Virus record (IMG/VR): IMGVR_UViG_3300037466_002724
Location: 27,009-91,008 of that record
Source of the DNA: a virus
Reading direction: 5' to 3' (one strand)
Length of the DNA: 64,000 nucleotides
Under the pieces are notes generated by a model. The model saw only the letters and a list, made by a program, of their open reading frames with translations. It made no database searches and was not told the DNA's origin. Position numbers and translations under genes: made by a program. Shown in pieces: positions 36,993 through 45,977 of the stretch (position 1 is the stretch's first letter; every line of letters starts with the position of its first letter).

Positions 36993-37513
36993 AAGTTTCG
37001 CGCTGGGGGCCATCCGTAAAGCGTGAGGCACAAGCTGTATTCGGATTGAACGCTCCGGTGCCAATGTTCATGGGCCAGATAAAACAGGAGTCTGGCGGTA
37101 ACGAGAAGGTGACCGCATGGGATGGGGGTATGGGTCTGGGTCAGTTCATGCCGTCGACCGCGAAGCAGATTTCGCGCTCCTATCCGGAGCTCGGCGCGCC
37201 GGACCCGTACAATCCGAACTGGGCGATCCGGGCACTGGTGCGCTACGACGGCTGGCTGCAGGCGCGGGTCAGGGGCGATACGCCATGTGATCGGTGGGCG
37301 GCAGCCCTCAAGGGTTACAACGCCGGACTGGGCTACGTGCAGCGCGCGCAGGCCCGCTCGAGCAAGCCTGGCGCTTGGTTTGGCGAGACCGAGACGATCA
37401 ACGCCGGGCAGTCGGCCAAGAACTTTGAATACAGCCGGCTATATCCGCGTTGGATCCTGCTCAAGCACCAGCCGATGTTCACCTCGTGGGGGACCCCCGT
37501 ATGTTTGAACTGA
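36881..37513 (+). CDS. Endolysin, lytic transglycosylase (SLT-like) with signal peptide; start uncertain
   Basis: QIKQESG, GLGQFMPST, YNAGLG motifs; N-terminal hydrophobic stretch ending SAQA|QE. Confidence 0.85.
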   Translation: MGATLRLCQSIGYFKTVATWLAIVGCTVATSAQAQELKVSRWGPSVKREAQAVFGLNAPVPMFMGQIKQESGGNEKVTAWDGGMGLGQFMPSTAKQISRSYPELGAPDPYNPNWAIRALVRYDGWLQARVRGDTPCDRWAAALKGYNAGLGYVQRAQARSSKPGAWFGETETINAGQSAKNFEYSRLYPRWILLKHQPMFTSWGTPVCLN

Positions 37514-37887
37514 TCCCAGCGCCGTATCGGCTCCTGGCGCACCTGGTGCTGGCGGCCGTGCTGCTGGCTGGCGCTGCGGCCGCCGGCGCCGTCATCAACG
37601 GCTGGCGGCTGGATGGCGCACACCAGCGCGCGCTGGCCGACAAGGACAAAACGATCACCCAGCAGGCTCTCGACTACGCCGAGCTCAAGGCCAAGGTCGC
37701 CGACCAGAACCATAAGATCGAGGCGCTGGAGGCCAAGAGCACCGCGGCTAATGACCGGCGCAAGGTGGCCGAGCAGTTTGCAGCGTCGGCGATCAAGCGG
37801 CTGGACACCCGTGAAGCGGTGGTCGCCAACAGCAAGGCGACGGACTGCGCCGGCGTGCTCAAGGAAGCCTGGGAGGCATGGAAATGA
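37501..37887 (+). CDS. i-spanin (Rz-like)
   Basis: N-terminal TM then coiled coil; follows the endolysin. Confidence 0.8.
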   Translation: MFELIPAPYRLLAHLVLAAVLLAGAAAAGAVINGWRLDGAHQRALADKDKTITQQALDYAELKAKVADQNHKIEALEAKSTAANDRRKVAEQFAASAIKRLDTREAVVANSKATDCAGVLKEAWEAWK

Positions 37888-38171
37888 AACGTCTCCTGCT
37901 CGCTCTCTTGCCGCTGGCGATGGCCGCCTGTAACACGGTTCCGAAAAAGGAAGTCGTCGAGGTCAAGGTGCCGGTGCCGGTGGGCTGCCTGGGGAAGAAG
38001 CCGGTGCGCCCCGCGTCGAAGTTCGGGACCGGCGACTGGCCGGGCGACAAGGCTGCCGCTCAGGCGGCGCTGGCCGATGCCTCGGCCTGGGAGACGTATG
38101 CGACCCGCCTCGAGGTGACGATGGCCGGCTGCGATGAGAAGCCTGCCGAGGACGCTCAGGCGCGCCGCTGA
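37884..38171 (+). CDS. o-spanin (Rz1-like lipoprotein)
   Basis: MKRLLLALLPLAMAA|C lipobox; VKVPVPVGC. Confidence 0.8.
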   Translation: MKRLLLALLPLAMAACNTVPKKEVVEVKVPVPVGCLGKKPVRPASKFGTGDWPGDKAAAQAALADASAWETYATRLEVTMAGCDEKPAEDAQARR

Positions 38172-38386
38172 CGGCGCTCAGCCAGTCCCTGGCACTCGGT
38201 GCACAGCGTCTTTCCCATCCGGCGACGCAGCTCGGGCAGGGGCTCGCCGCAATCCTCGTTGCGGCAGAACTCAGGGCCGTAGCCCGAATCATCCGGTTTG
38301 AATTCTGGCGAGGACGGCGCGCGCAACTCGTTCAGCAGCTTCCATTGGAACAGTTCTTGGTCTTGCGCGCGGTCCTCTTGGCTCAT
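38156..38386 (-). CDS. TraR/DksA-family C4 zinc-finger protein
   Basis: MSQEDRAQDQE N-terminus (DxA) and C-x4-CGEPLPELRR…LCTECQ..AE. Confidence 0.8.
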   Translation of the reverse strand: MSQEDRAQDQELFQWKLLNELRAPSSPEFKPDDSGYGPEFCRNEDCGEPLPELRRRMGKTLCTECQGLAERRQRRA

Positions 38387-38547
38387 TGTGCTGTGGCAAT
38401 CCAGTTCGGTTTGTGCTGGCCGTCGAGCACCCATTTGCTGACGGCACCACGGCGCAGGAAAGAGACGGCGGCGGCCCAACGTTGCTGCAGGGTCGGGTTT
38501 TCCGGATAGAGCTCTTTCGCGCGCTGTTCGGTATCTACAAGGTACAT
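38383..38547 (-). CDS. Hypothetical 54-aa protein (absent from the ORF track)
   Basis: MYLVDTEQRAKELYPENPTLQQRWAAAVSFLRR…; GGAG SD; ATGA-coupled to the TraR-like gene. Confidence 0.65.
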   Translation of the reverse strand: MYLVDTEQRAKELYPENPTLQQRWAAAVSFLRRGAVSKWVLDGQHKPNWIATAQ

Positions 38548-38576
38548 TCACGACTCCAAGTTGTTGTTGTGCCGTA

Positions 38577-38605
38577 ACTATACTCAGAATTGAGCAAGCG
38601 TGCAA
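38577..38605 (-). promoter_or_regulatory. sigma70-type promoter with palindromic operator in the spacer
   Basis: TTGCAC-17-TATAGT; CTCA-GAAT-TGAG at 38583-38594. Confidence 0.7.
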
Positions 38606-38631
38606 AGAAAAGGCGCAGCTGAGCCGCGCCC
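38604..38631 (-). terminator. Putative terminator after the integrase
   Basis: Minus strand GGCGCGG-CTCAG-CTGCGCC-TTTTCTTT. Confidence 0.55.
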
Positions 38632-38650
38632 TGTTTGCTTCGTGCAACAG

Positions 38651-39925
38651 TTATTCCGAGGCGGCCAGCTTTATCACCGTGCCGCTCGTGAGCACGGTAT
38701 CCATCCACCGCGACCACTTCGCCATCGCCTCGCGCATCTGCGGCAGGTAGTCAGCCCGGTCGTAATTCTTCGACCCGGTGTCGTTCTTGGCGTGCTGCTG
38801 GATCAGGTCGCGGGTGAAGCGGTCGATGCCGGCGTCGTGCGCTCGGCTCTTCCAGGTGCGGCGCAGGTCGCGGGCCTGGAACCCCTGGATGTGCACGTCG
38901 CGGCGCCGCAGCCAGCGCCGAATCGCCTGGTTAACGCTCCGGTGTTGCGCCTTATCGTTCTCGTAGCCGACGCGCGCCGGGAACAGCGGGCCCTGGCCGT
39001 GCCGGTTGATCAGGTCGCGCAGGACCTCCACCGCCTGGCGGGGCAGGGGGATCGTGTGCGGCCGCTTGATCTTCGATTTGTGGGCTGGCATGCGCCATAG
39101 CGCCGCGTTCAGGTCGATCTCGGCGCCCTCGATGCGCAGGGTCTCCTGCACCCGCTGGCCGCAGCAGATCAGCAGCCGGACTGCGGCAGCCATCTCGATC
39201 GAGAACCCGGGCGTGCCGATCTCGGTCGCCTTCCAGAGCTCGCGCAGCTCGGCGGCCGTCAGGTTGCGGTCACGTGGTGTCGTGGCACCGGTGTCCTTGG
39301 CCACGTCGGCGGCCGGGTTGCGCACTAGGCCCCAGTCCTGGCGATCCTTGGTCGTGTAGTCGTTAGCCGACTTGATCGCCCACGCGAAGGCCGATGCAAC
39401 ATAGCTGCGCGCCTTGTCGGCGGCGCCGCGACACCCGGCATCGTAGAACCGCGAGACGTAGTCGACGATGTCGGCCGGCGTTACCTCTGGGGCCGGGCGC
39501 TCGCGCCCCAGCACATCGGCGGCGTTGTACCTGGCCTTGAGCAGCATGCGCTCGACCTCGTCGGCGCTGGCGCGGTCCTTCTTGCGCATGTGAGCCACGT
39601 AACCTTGGAACATGCGCTCGATGGTCGCTTTGCTGGTGGGGGCCGGCTTGGCTTCGCCGACCGGATCCTGTCCCTCAGCCACCTGAGCGAACACCTTGCG
39701 CGCCTGGTCGCGGGCGCGATCGGGCGGCAGGTCCGAGCAGCGGGCGATTGTCATCTTGCGCTGGGTGCGCTTTGCGTCCGTTGCGCGGTATCGGATCACA
39801 TAGGTCTTGCGGCCGCTTGCCTGGACCCGAACGCCGAACCCTTCGAGCTCGGTATCCCAGACCCAGAGATCGCCCGTCGCCGGCGCCTGCAATCCATCCA
39901 CAACCGTCTTCGTCAGCTTAGGCAT
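38651..39925 (-). CDS. int: Tyrosine integrase with N-terminal arm-binding domain
   Basis: KLTKTVVD…WDTELEGFGVRV..SGRKTY arm domain; GQR.QE, K, RDLRRT, QQH, YDRADY catalytic motifs. Confidence 0.92.
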   Translation of the reverse strand: MPKLTKTVVDGLQAPATGDLWVWDTELEGFGVRVQASGRKTYVIRYRATDAKRTQRKMTIARCSDLPPDRARDQARKVFAQVAEGQDPVGEAKPAPTSKATIERMFQGYVAHMRKKDRASADEVERMLLKARYNAADVLGRERPAPEVTPADIVDYVSRFYDAGCRGAADKARSYVASAFAWAIKSANDYTTKDRQDWGLVRNPAADVAKDTGATTPRDRNLTAAELRELWKATEIGTPGFSIEMAAAVRLLICCGQRVQETLRIEGAEIDLNAALWRMPAHKSKIKRPHTIPLPRQAVEVLRDLINRHGQGPLFPARVGYENDKAQHRSVNQAIRRWLRRRDVHIQGFQARDLRRTWKSRAHDAGIDRFTRDLIQQHAKNDTGSKNYDRADYLPQMREAMAKWSRWMDTVLTSGTVIKLAASE

Positions 39926-39989
39926 AGTCTCTCTCACTACTGAGCACCAGAAACTGCGTCTGGTGCTTTGCCCTCGGGGCAGCCAGCTT

Positions 39990-40567
39990 TCGGGCGCTCA
40001 TCGGGCGCACGATTTTCTGTGGATGACCGTCGCGACGCGCCGGACCGCACCAGGCTCTTGCCAGGAGAGGGCCAGTCAGGTAATCAGCGGCCACCACGAA
40101 TTTCGGGCGCAGGTCGGGCGCAAAAGTCCGTGGCTGGTAGTGATTTTGGAGGATCTGTAGCGTAGCTGTCAGGATGGCTAACCGGTTGAAATCATGAACA
40201 AAAGTGACGTTCCGTGATTTCGCGTGATACCCAGCTTCTAAGACTACGAATCTGGGGGTCAGAGGTTCGAATCCTTTCGGGCGCGCCATTTCCTTCTTCC
40301 AAAACCCTTACAATCCAAGGCTTTGCACGGCGGGAACGACCTGTCAATCAGGTGTTCTGCGCCCAGCCTATCATCTTCGGGCGCAGGTCGGGCGCAAGAA
40401 ATGACGGGAACGTAAGGGGTTTCCGGTGACGCCCGATGATTCGGCGGGAAGCTCGGGCGCGCCCGGGCGCAGCGCGCGGGCGGGGCGAGGTGAGGGCGAG
40501 GCGGCTGCCGGGTGTCGCAGGTTGGACAGGATGACGCGCCCGAACCTGCGCCCGAAGTTGCGCCCGA
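39990..40567. repeat. attP arm-type repeats (TCGGGCGC)
   Basis: Direct pairs at 39990/40001, 40103/40114, 40377/40388, 40453/40463 and an inverted triplet at 40536/40548/40560, on both sides of the core. Confidence 0.75.
40241..40288 (+). other. attP core = 3' part of tRNA-Arg(ACG); not a complete tRNA
   Basis: AGA-CTACGAA-TCTGGGGGTCAGAGGTTCGAATCCTTTCGGGCGCGCCA: anticodon loop, T-arm, acceptor 3' strand and CCA; no D-arm or 5' strand upstream. Confidence 0.88.
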
Positions 40568-40573
40568 AGCCGG

Positions 40574-41665
40574 TCAGAGGACGATCGTGACCCGTTCGGC
40601 GGCGCGCGTGATCCCGGTGTAGAGATGCTTCACGCGGTCCTCGCGGAAGGTCGCGCTTTCATCGAACAGCATTACGTGGTCCCAGGCTGAACCCTGGCTC
40701 TTGTGCACGGTCAGCGCGTACCCGAAGCACATCTCGTCGGCGTGCTTACGCTGGTGCCACTCGAGCTCCTTCTCGGTCCCGAGGAAGAATTGGCGCGGCA
40801 CGGACAGCTCGCCCGGGTCGTCCATGCCATCGAGCGACTTGACCGCCATGCTGACGCGGTCGTGCACCAGTGTTACGGCGTCGGCCGTCCAGAGCGAGCC
40901 GTTGAGCAGGCCCTTTTCCCGGTTGTTCTTGAGGCACACCAGGCGGTCGCCTGGCTCCGGCATGTCGGAGGTTCGACCCTGCAGCTGGCGGATGCGCGTG
41001 TTGAAGGCCTGTCGGGTCTTGTTCAGGCCGACCAGTACCTGGTCTGCGGCCAGGACCTGTTTCGAGCCGAGCCCAGCCCGCCGGATGATCCTGCTGTCGC
41101 CATAGGTCCCCTCGGCCAGGCGCCGGCCGGCCCGCACGTCCATGCTGAGCCGGATGATCGGATTATCGGCCGCCTGGCGGTGGATCTCGGTGAGCATGAA
41201 GTCCGGCTCGCCGTTGGTGAAAAAACCGTCGCCCTTGACCGGCGGCAGCTGCGCCGGGTCGCCCAGCACCAGGATCTTCGTTCCGAAGCTGAGTAGGTCC
41301 CGGCCGAGCTCGGCGTCGACCATCGAGCACTCGTCGATGATGACCAGCCGGGCGAACCGGACCATGCTGTCAGGGTTCAGGGTGAAAACCGGGTCGCCGC
41401 CATCCTCGTCCTCCTCGACCTTGTAGATCAGGGAATGGATCGTGCTGGCATCGCCGCAGCCCTTCTTGCGGAGGACTAGGGCAGCCTTGCCGGTGAAGGC
41501 GGCGAAGAGCACCTGGCCGTCGATGCCGGCGGCGATGTGCTTGGCGAGGGTCGTCTTGCCGGTGCCGGCGTACCCGAAGAGCCGGAAAATCTGCGGCGCG
41601 CGGCGATCGCGCACCCATTTATCAACGGCCGCCAGGGCGGCGGCCTGCTGTGGTGACCAGTCCAT
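40574..41665 (-). CDS. RecD/Dda-like SF1B DNA helicase
   Basis: GYAGTGKTT, AFTGKAA, IIDECSMV, GDPAQLPPV, YALTVHKSQGS, YTGITRA. Confidence 0.9.
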   Translation of the reverse strand: MDWSPQQAAALAAVDKWVRDRRAPQIFRLFGYAGTGKTTLAKHIAAGIDGQVLFAAFTGKAALVLRKKGCGDASTIHSLIYKVEEDEDGGDPVFTLNPDSMVRFARLVIIDECSMVDAELGRDLLSFGTKILVLGDPAQLPPVKGDGFFTNGEPDFMLTEIHRQAADNPIIRLSMDVRAGRRLAEGTYGDSRIIRRAGLGSKQVLAADQVLVGLNKTRQAFNTRIRQLQGRTSDMPEPGDRLVCLKNNREKGLLNGSLWTADAVTLVHDRVSMAVKSLDGMDDPGELSVPRQFFLGTEKELEWHQRKHADEMCFGYALTVHKSQGSAWDHVMLFDESATFREDRVKHLYTGITRAAERVTIVL

Positions 41666-41680
41666 ACATCCTTTCTGTTG

Positions 41681-42559
41681 TCACGCCGCGAGCTCGTCGC
41701 GGTCATCGTCGATTACGGTAAAGGCCGGCATCGCCTCGGTGGCGCGCTGCATGGCGGTCTGGATTGCCTCGAGGTGGCGGCGTAGGCGCTGGACCTCTTC
41801 GTCACGGTCGAGTCGCTGGATAGCGCGCTGGATGGCGTGCGATATATCGTGCAGCTTCGCGTCCGACTGCAGGCCGAGCACCCTGGCGAGCTGGGACTGC
41901 GACAGCCTGATCCGGTCAACCTCAATCTCGGCCCTTTGACGTGCCAGCTTTACCTGCTGCTCGGCCTGGGTCCGCAATTCCTCGGCAGACTGGTTGACCT
42001 CGGCGGTCCGCATCATGAGGCGCCTCTCTGCGCTGTGCAGGTCGTGCAGCGCGTCCGCGATCGCGGCCCCGTGCTTCTCCCGGATCTTGCGCTCGACGTC
42101 CCACTGGCTCAGGACGCGTGGGCCGATCGCCTTCTGCTGGCGGTCCAGCCCGTCGATGATCAGCTTCATCCAGGCGTCGCGCGGCAGGGTGTCGATCACC
42201 TTGAGGGTTGGGCCTTTCACGGTGCGCCAGACCTCGTCATGCCGGACGATGAGGCCGCAACCTGGCGGCACGTCCTCTTTCTTGATGAGCCCGGCGGGCA
42301 CGGCGAAGATGACACCGGCAGCGAATTGCAGGTAGCTCTGCCACTTCCCAGCCGTCACGTCCCGGCGGAAGTCGGACACCGAAACCTTGCACTCATATGC
42401 CAGCGGAGTGAAACGGCTGTACTGCTTCTGGATCGTGTACACGTCCGGGCGCGGCGAACCCGACGGGCCCAGCTGCATGTCGGTCCAGACCACGCGGTCA
42501 CTGTTGGCGCGGAGGTGAGCCGCCAGGTCGTTGGCCAATGCGTTGTGGGCCCACTTCAC
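41681..42559 (-). CDS. MmcB-like PD-(D/E)xK nuclease + coiled coil
   Basis: RPDV…YECKVSVSDFRRD…KWQSY…VPPGCGLI. Confidence 0.7.
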   Translation of the reverse strand: MKWAHNALANDLAAHLRANSDRVVWTDMQLGPSGSPRPDVYTIQKQYSRFTPLAYECKVSVSDFRRDVTAGKWQSYLQFAAGVIFAVPAGLIKKEDVPPGCGLIVRHDEVWRTVKGPTLKVIDTLPRDAWMKLIIDGLDRQQKAIGPRVLSQWDVERKIREKHGAAIADALHDLHSAERRLMMRTAEVNQSAEELRTQAEQQVKLARQRAEIEVDRIRLSQSQLARVLGLQSDAKLHDISHAIQRAIQRLDRDEEVQRLRRHLEAIQTAMQRATEAMPAFTVIDDDRDELAA

Positions 42560-43176
42560 GGCGCCACCTGCTTAAACTCGACAACCCAGACCCACGGGTT
42601 GGCGTCCCAGCTGCCAGCGCCGTTGATGCTTTCCCACAGCCGCGCGTAGACGCTGGCGAGCCGGTCGCCGTGGCGCATGTCCTTGGTCGAGCAGCCCTCG
42701 GCCTGCGCATCTGCATCGCTGATGTCCTGCAGCCGCTCGACGCGCACGCTGACGATTTCGAGCAGGATGCGGCTGGCGCGGCGCGGCATGTGAATACTCG
42801 GCTTCCACGGGCCGCCATAGTCGGTGCGGTTGTCGCACTCGCGGTATACGAAGGACTCGTCGAGCGACCCCATGAACCGCGTACGCGCCCACGCCTCGCG
42901 CACCCACAGGCGGTCGCCGGGCTGGCCGTAGGGGCATCGAACTGCGGTAAGGATCGGACGTAACCCAATATCGTTTGGTGACCCGCTCACCATGAAGAAC
43001 TCACGACCATCAACGTCATCCTCGACGTTAAACGTCTGCCACCCAGCCCACTGGCCCTTCACCACGCGACGCGTCTGCGTCTTGCTGCCGTCGAGCAGCG
43101 CGCGCACCATGGCGCCGCTGAAAACGATCGGCCTTTCCTTGACGGCATTGCCTGCCGCTTCTTGCTTGTTCGTCAT
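42556..43176 (-). CDS. ASCH/PUA-like phage protein
   Basis: ERPIVFSGAMVRALLDGSKTQTRR…WKPSIHMPR…WDANPWVWVVEF. Confidence 0.75.
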   Translation of the reverse strand: MTNKQEAAGNAVKERPIVFSGAMVRALLDGSKTQTRRVVKGQWAGWQTFNVEDDVDGREFFMVSGSPNDIGLRPILTAVRCPYGQPGDRLWVREAWARTRFMGSLDESFVYRECDNRTDYGGPWKPSIHMPRRASRILLEIVSVRVERLQDISDADAQAEGCSTKDMRHGDRLASVYARLWESINGAGSWDANPWVWVVEFKQVAP

Positions 43177-43189
43177 CGGTATCCCCTAT

Positions 43190-43216
43190 AAAAAGAGCGG
43201 GGTTTGGCCCCGCTCC
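43190..43216 (-). terminator. Intrinsic terminator
   Basis: Minus strand GAGCGGGG-CCAAA-CCCCGCTC-TTTTT. Confidence 0.75.
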
Positions 43217-43223
43217 TTGGAAA

Positions 43224-43469
43224 TCACTTCTTATATTCGCTAGTGCTGGCCACGGTGTGCCGTACCTCCCACTCGATCAGCTTGTCCTCTGGGTACAATA
43301 TACGACCACCGACCCGGCAAAATGCCGGCCCTGTCCCCAGATACCTCCAGTTGGCGAGCGTCCTGACCGAAATCCGACCCTCGTATCTCTCCGCAACCTG
43401 CGCGGGTGTGAGATACGAGGTCTTGCGTGTTGCTTGTGCTGCTACCGCGACTGCTACTGCCTGTTGCAT
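43224..43469 (-). CDS. Excisionase-like winged-HTH protein
   Basis: YLTPAQVAERY…SVRTLANWR..GTGPAF.RVGGRILY. Confidence 0.8.
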   Translation of the reverse strand: MQQAVAVAVAAQATRKTSYLTPAQVAERYEGRISVRTLANWRYLGTGPAFCRVGGRILYPEDKLIEWEVRHTVASTSEYKK

Positions 43470-43519
43470 GTGCTTCCAGCTTCCCCTTGCTGTATTGCTT
43501 CTGTTCTTTTGTTGCGTGA

Positions 43520-44593
43520 TTAGAACACTTCTTCCTCGTCAACATCACCAGCTGCGGGCACCGGCGGCTGGGTCGGCTGCTGAGTCGGTTCCGGGGTCGG
43601 TTCCGGCGCCGACTCAGCTGCTGTTCGCGGAGTGTTCTGTTTGTCGGCCGAACCGTCTTTCACGGAATTGCGTCCCATTTCAGTCGATTTGCCCGAGGCC
43701 CTGGTCGTCCTGGTCTGGGCCGGCGCAACGCCTTGCACAGCAACCTTTCCAGCGGCAGCAGCGTCGGCGATCGCCTTCGGTGCGCCGGTCGACTGGTCAG
43801 TCTGTTGTCCTTCCATCGGGAAATATTCCGACGGGCTGGCGCCCTCCTTGAGGGCGTTACCGATACCGATCAGGTCGACCAGCTCGTCGCTGGTGGTGTC
43901 GTCGATGCCGTGGCTCAGGTAGGTTTCGATGCGCTTGATCGTCACCCCGTACTTGGAGAATGCCTGGACCACGCTCTGGATGCGGTCGCGCAGCGGCTTC
44001 TCGTTGCCGCCAGCGGCCGTCTTGGCGCACTCGGCGATGCCGGCGGCCGTCATGTGCTTCGGCAGCAGGGCCATGATGCGGCCACGGATCTGCTTGCTGG
44101 CCTTGTTGGCGATCAGGTTGTCGATCTCGGCCTGATCGCGACACGGCTTCGGGCCGTTCTTCGTGTCGATCACGTGCTCGACGGTGATCTGGCGGACGCT
44201 GCGGTTGTTCTTCTCCTTGTCCCAGGCGTAGACCTCGACCTCGGACTTGCCGGCGGAGCGCGACAGCTCGCGGTGGCCGTACTCAAAATTGCCGTAGCAG
44301 CGCGCCGCCTCCTCGGCGAAGCGGATCGACGGGCCCGAACCGCGGTTGGGCACCGAGTAGAACGCGGCCGCCGCGAACTCCGGGCTGCGGCAGGCGTCCA
44401 GGAATTCGGCGATCGAGCCGGTCACGCTGCGCGGGAACATCTTGGCCAACTGGATCTGGCCGCGCGCCTCGGCAACGGCGCGCTCGGATTCGATCGAGAC
44501 GGCGCCGACGTTCATGACAGCCCCGGCCGGCACCGCCACGGCGCGGCGGAATGGATCGGACTCGGGGTTGTGCATCGGGGTGAGGTCGTTCAT
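43520..44593 (-). CDS. Putative single-strand annealing/recombination protein
   Basis: AKMFPRS…GPSIRFAEE…AWDKEKN motifs; acidic C-terminus; lies in an exonuclease/ATPase recombination operon (function inferred from context). Confidence 0.55.
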   Translation of the reverse strand: MNDLTPMHNPESDPFRRAVAVPAGAVMNVGAVSIESERAVAEARGQIQLAKMFPRSVTGSIAEFLDACRSPEFAAAAFYSVPNRGSGPSIRFAEEAARCYGNFEYGHRELSRSAGKSEVEVYAWDKEKNNRSVRQITVEHVIDTKNGPKPCRDQAEIDNLIANKASKQIRGRIMALLPKHMTAAGIAECAKTAAGGNEKPLRDRIQSVVQAFSKYGVTIKRIETYLSHGIDDTTSDELVDLIGIGNALKEGASPSEYFPMEGQQTDQSTGAPKAIADAAAAGKVAVQGVAPAQTRTTRASGKSTEMGRNSVKDGSADKQNTPRTAAESAPEPTPEPTQQPTQPPVPAAGDVDEEEVF

Positions 44594-44649
44594 GTATTTC
44601 TCCGGTGGTGGTGAAGTGTTGATTATATTTGATTATTCGTTGCTTGTGT

Positions 44650-45975
44650 TTAATCAGCAGTGCTGATCGAGAACTCTTCGTTGCTCACGCGCGTCACGAA
44701 CATCTGCAGGCCGTTATCTGCGGCTTGCTTGTGCAGTTCTGCCAGGCTCGCGTCGTCCAGCGACTCGATGCGGTCCACGCAGATGATGCCCAGCTCGCCG
44801 GCGCGCAGCTTGGCCACGCCGACGGCGACCTCGACCTGCTGCGCCGTGTTCAGGCGGTCGAGCGGTACGTCGTTGCGGTAAATCTCGCCGTCGCGCACCT
44901 CGAGGCCCGGAATAGGCAACTTTTTGAGCAGGTCGGCCTTGTACCGTTCGATGCCTTCCAGCGCCTCGGTCTGGCGCTCGGCCTCGGCGCGCAGCGCCTC
45001 GAGCTCGCCGGTCATCTGTTTGACCAGCTCCAGCGCCTGCTCGCGCTTGGCTGCCGCCTCGCGGTTCGAGCGGATCACGGCCAGCGCCTGGTTGAGCGGA
45101 GCGGTGGTCTCGGTATAGGTGGCGTGCGCCTTCTCGGTTGCGGTGCTGGCGCGTGACTGGTTGTCTGTCAGGTCGGCGTTGATGGCGTCGACCTTCTCCT
45201 GCGCCTCGGCTTTCAGGCGATCAATGGCGGCCTGCAGCTCGGTGCGGATCGCGTCGATGTCGGCACGTGCCTTCTCCTTGATGCCGTCCAGCTTCTTCGT
45301 GATCTTGCTCAGCGTGTCGTCGCGCTTAGCGGCTGATGCCTGCACCTGCTCGACCAGCTCGTCTTCGCTGCCCTCGACGCCGGCAGCCGCGTCCGGGATC
45401 GTGGCGCGCAGCTGCTTGATCGTCGCGTCCTTCTCCTTGACGGCGCGGTTGGTGCCGGTGCGCGCGTCGTAGACCTGCTTGTGCACGGCCTCGATCGTGT
45501 AGAGAGCGTGCACGTTGGGGTCGACCTGCACCTTTATGCCGGAGATCGCGGTAAGCTCGGCGGCGTCGATCTGCAGCGGCATGGATTCGAGCAGGACCTT
45601 GACGCGGTCCTTCTTCGGCGCGGCCAGGAACTCGACCGGGTTCACGCTCAGCATGTCGGTCAGCGAGCGGATTACTTCGGCCGGCCGCGGCAGCTTCTTG
45701 CCGTCGGCGCCGCGCACGTCGGTCGTGCTCTTGTCGGCGGTCACGGTCTTGGCGATCGACGTGCCGTCGTCGAGCACCAGCACCACCTCGCCCTTCTCGG
45801 CGCCGTTGCGCAGCAGAGTTGCGTCGTGGCCGGATTGGATGGCCGACTTGATGGCCTCCAGCACGCTGGTCTTGCCGGTGCCGTTCGGGCCCTCGATGCG
45901 GGTGAAGCCGGCCGGCGACAGTTCGAGCTGGTCGATGCCGAGAATGTTGCGGATGGTGAGGTGTTGGATTTTCAT
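44650..45975 (-). CDS. SMC/SbcC-like AAA ATPase
   Basis: MKIQHLTIRNILGI…GPNGTGKTS, long coiled coil, LNTAQQ signature, ICVDRIESLD Walker B. Confidence 0.8.
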   Translation of the reverse strand: MKIQHLTIRNILGIDQLELSPAGFTRIEGPNGTGKTSVLEAIKSAIQSGHDATLLRNGAEKGEVVLVLDDGTSIAKTVTADKSTTDVRGADGKKLPRPAEVIRSLTDMLSVNPVEFLAAPKKDRVKVLLESMPLQIDAAELTAISGIKVQVDPNVHALYTIEAVHKQVYDARTGTNRAVKEKDATIKQLRATIPDAAAGVEGSEDELVEQVQASAAKRDDTLSKITKKLDGIKEKARADIDAIRTELQAAIDRLKAEAQEKVDAINADLTDNQSRASTATEKAHATYTETTAPLNQALAVIRSNREAAAKREQALELVKQMTGELEALRAEAERQTEALEGIERYKADLLKKLPIPGLEVRDGEIYRNDVPLDRLNTAQQVEVAVGVAKLRAGELGIICVDRIESLDDASLAELHKQAADNGLQMFVTRVSNEEFSISTAD

Positions 45976-45977
45976 GG

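Noticed and set aside
40200-40288. Complete tRNA-Arg gene
   Set aside because: Similarity begins within the anticodon stem; the D-arm and 5' acceptor strand are absent.
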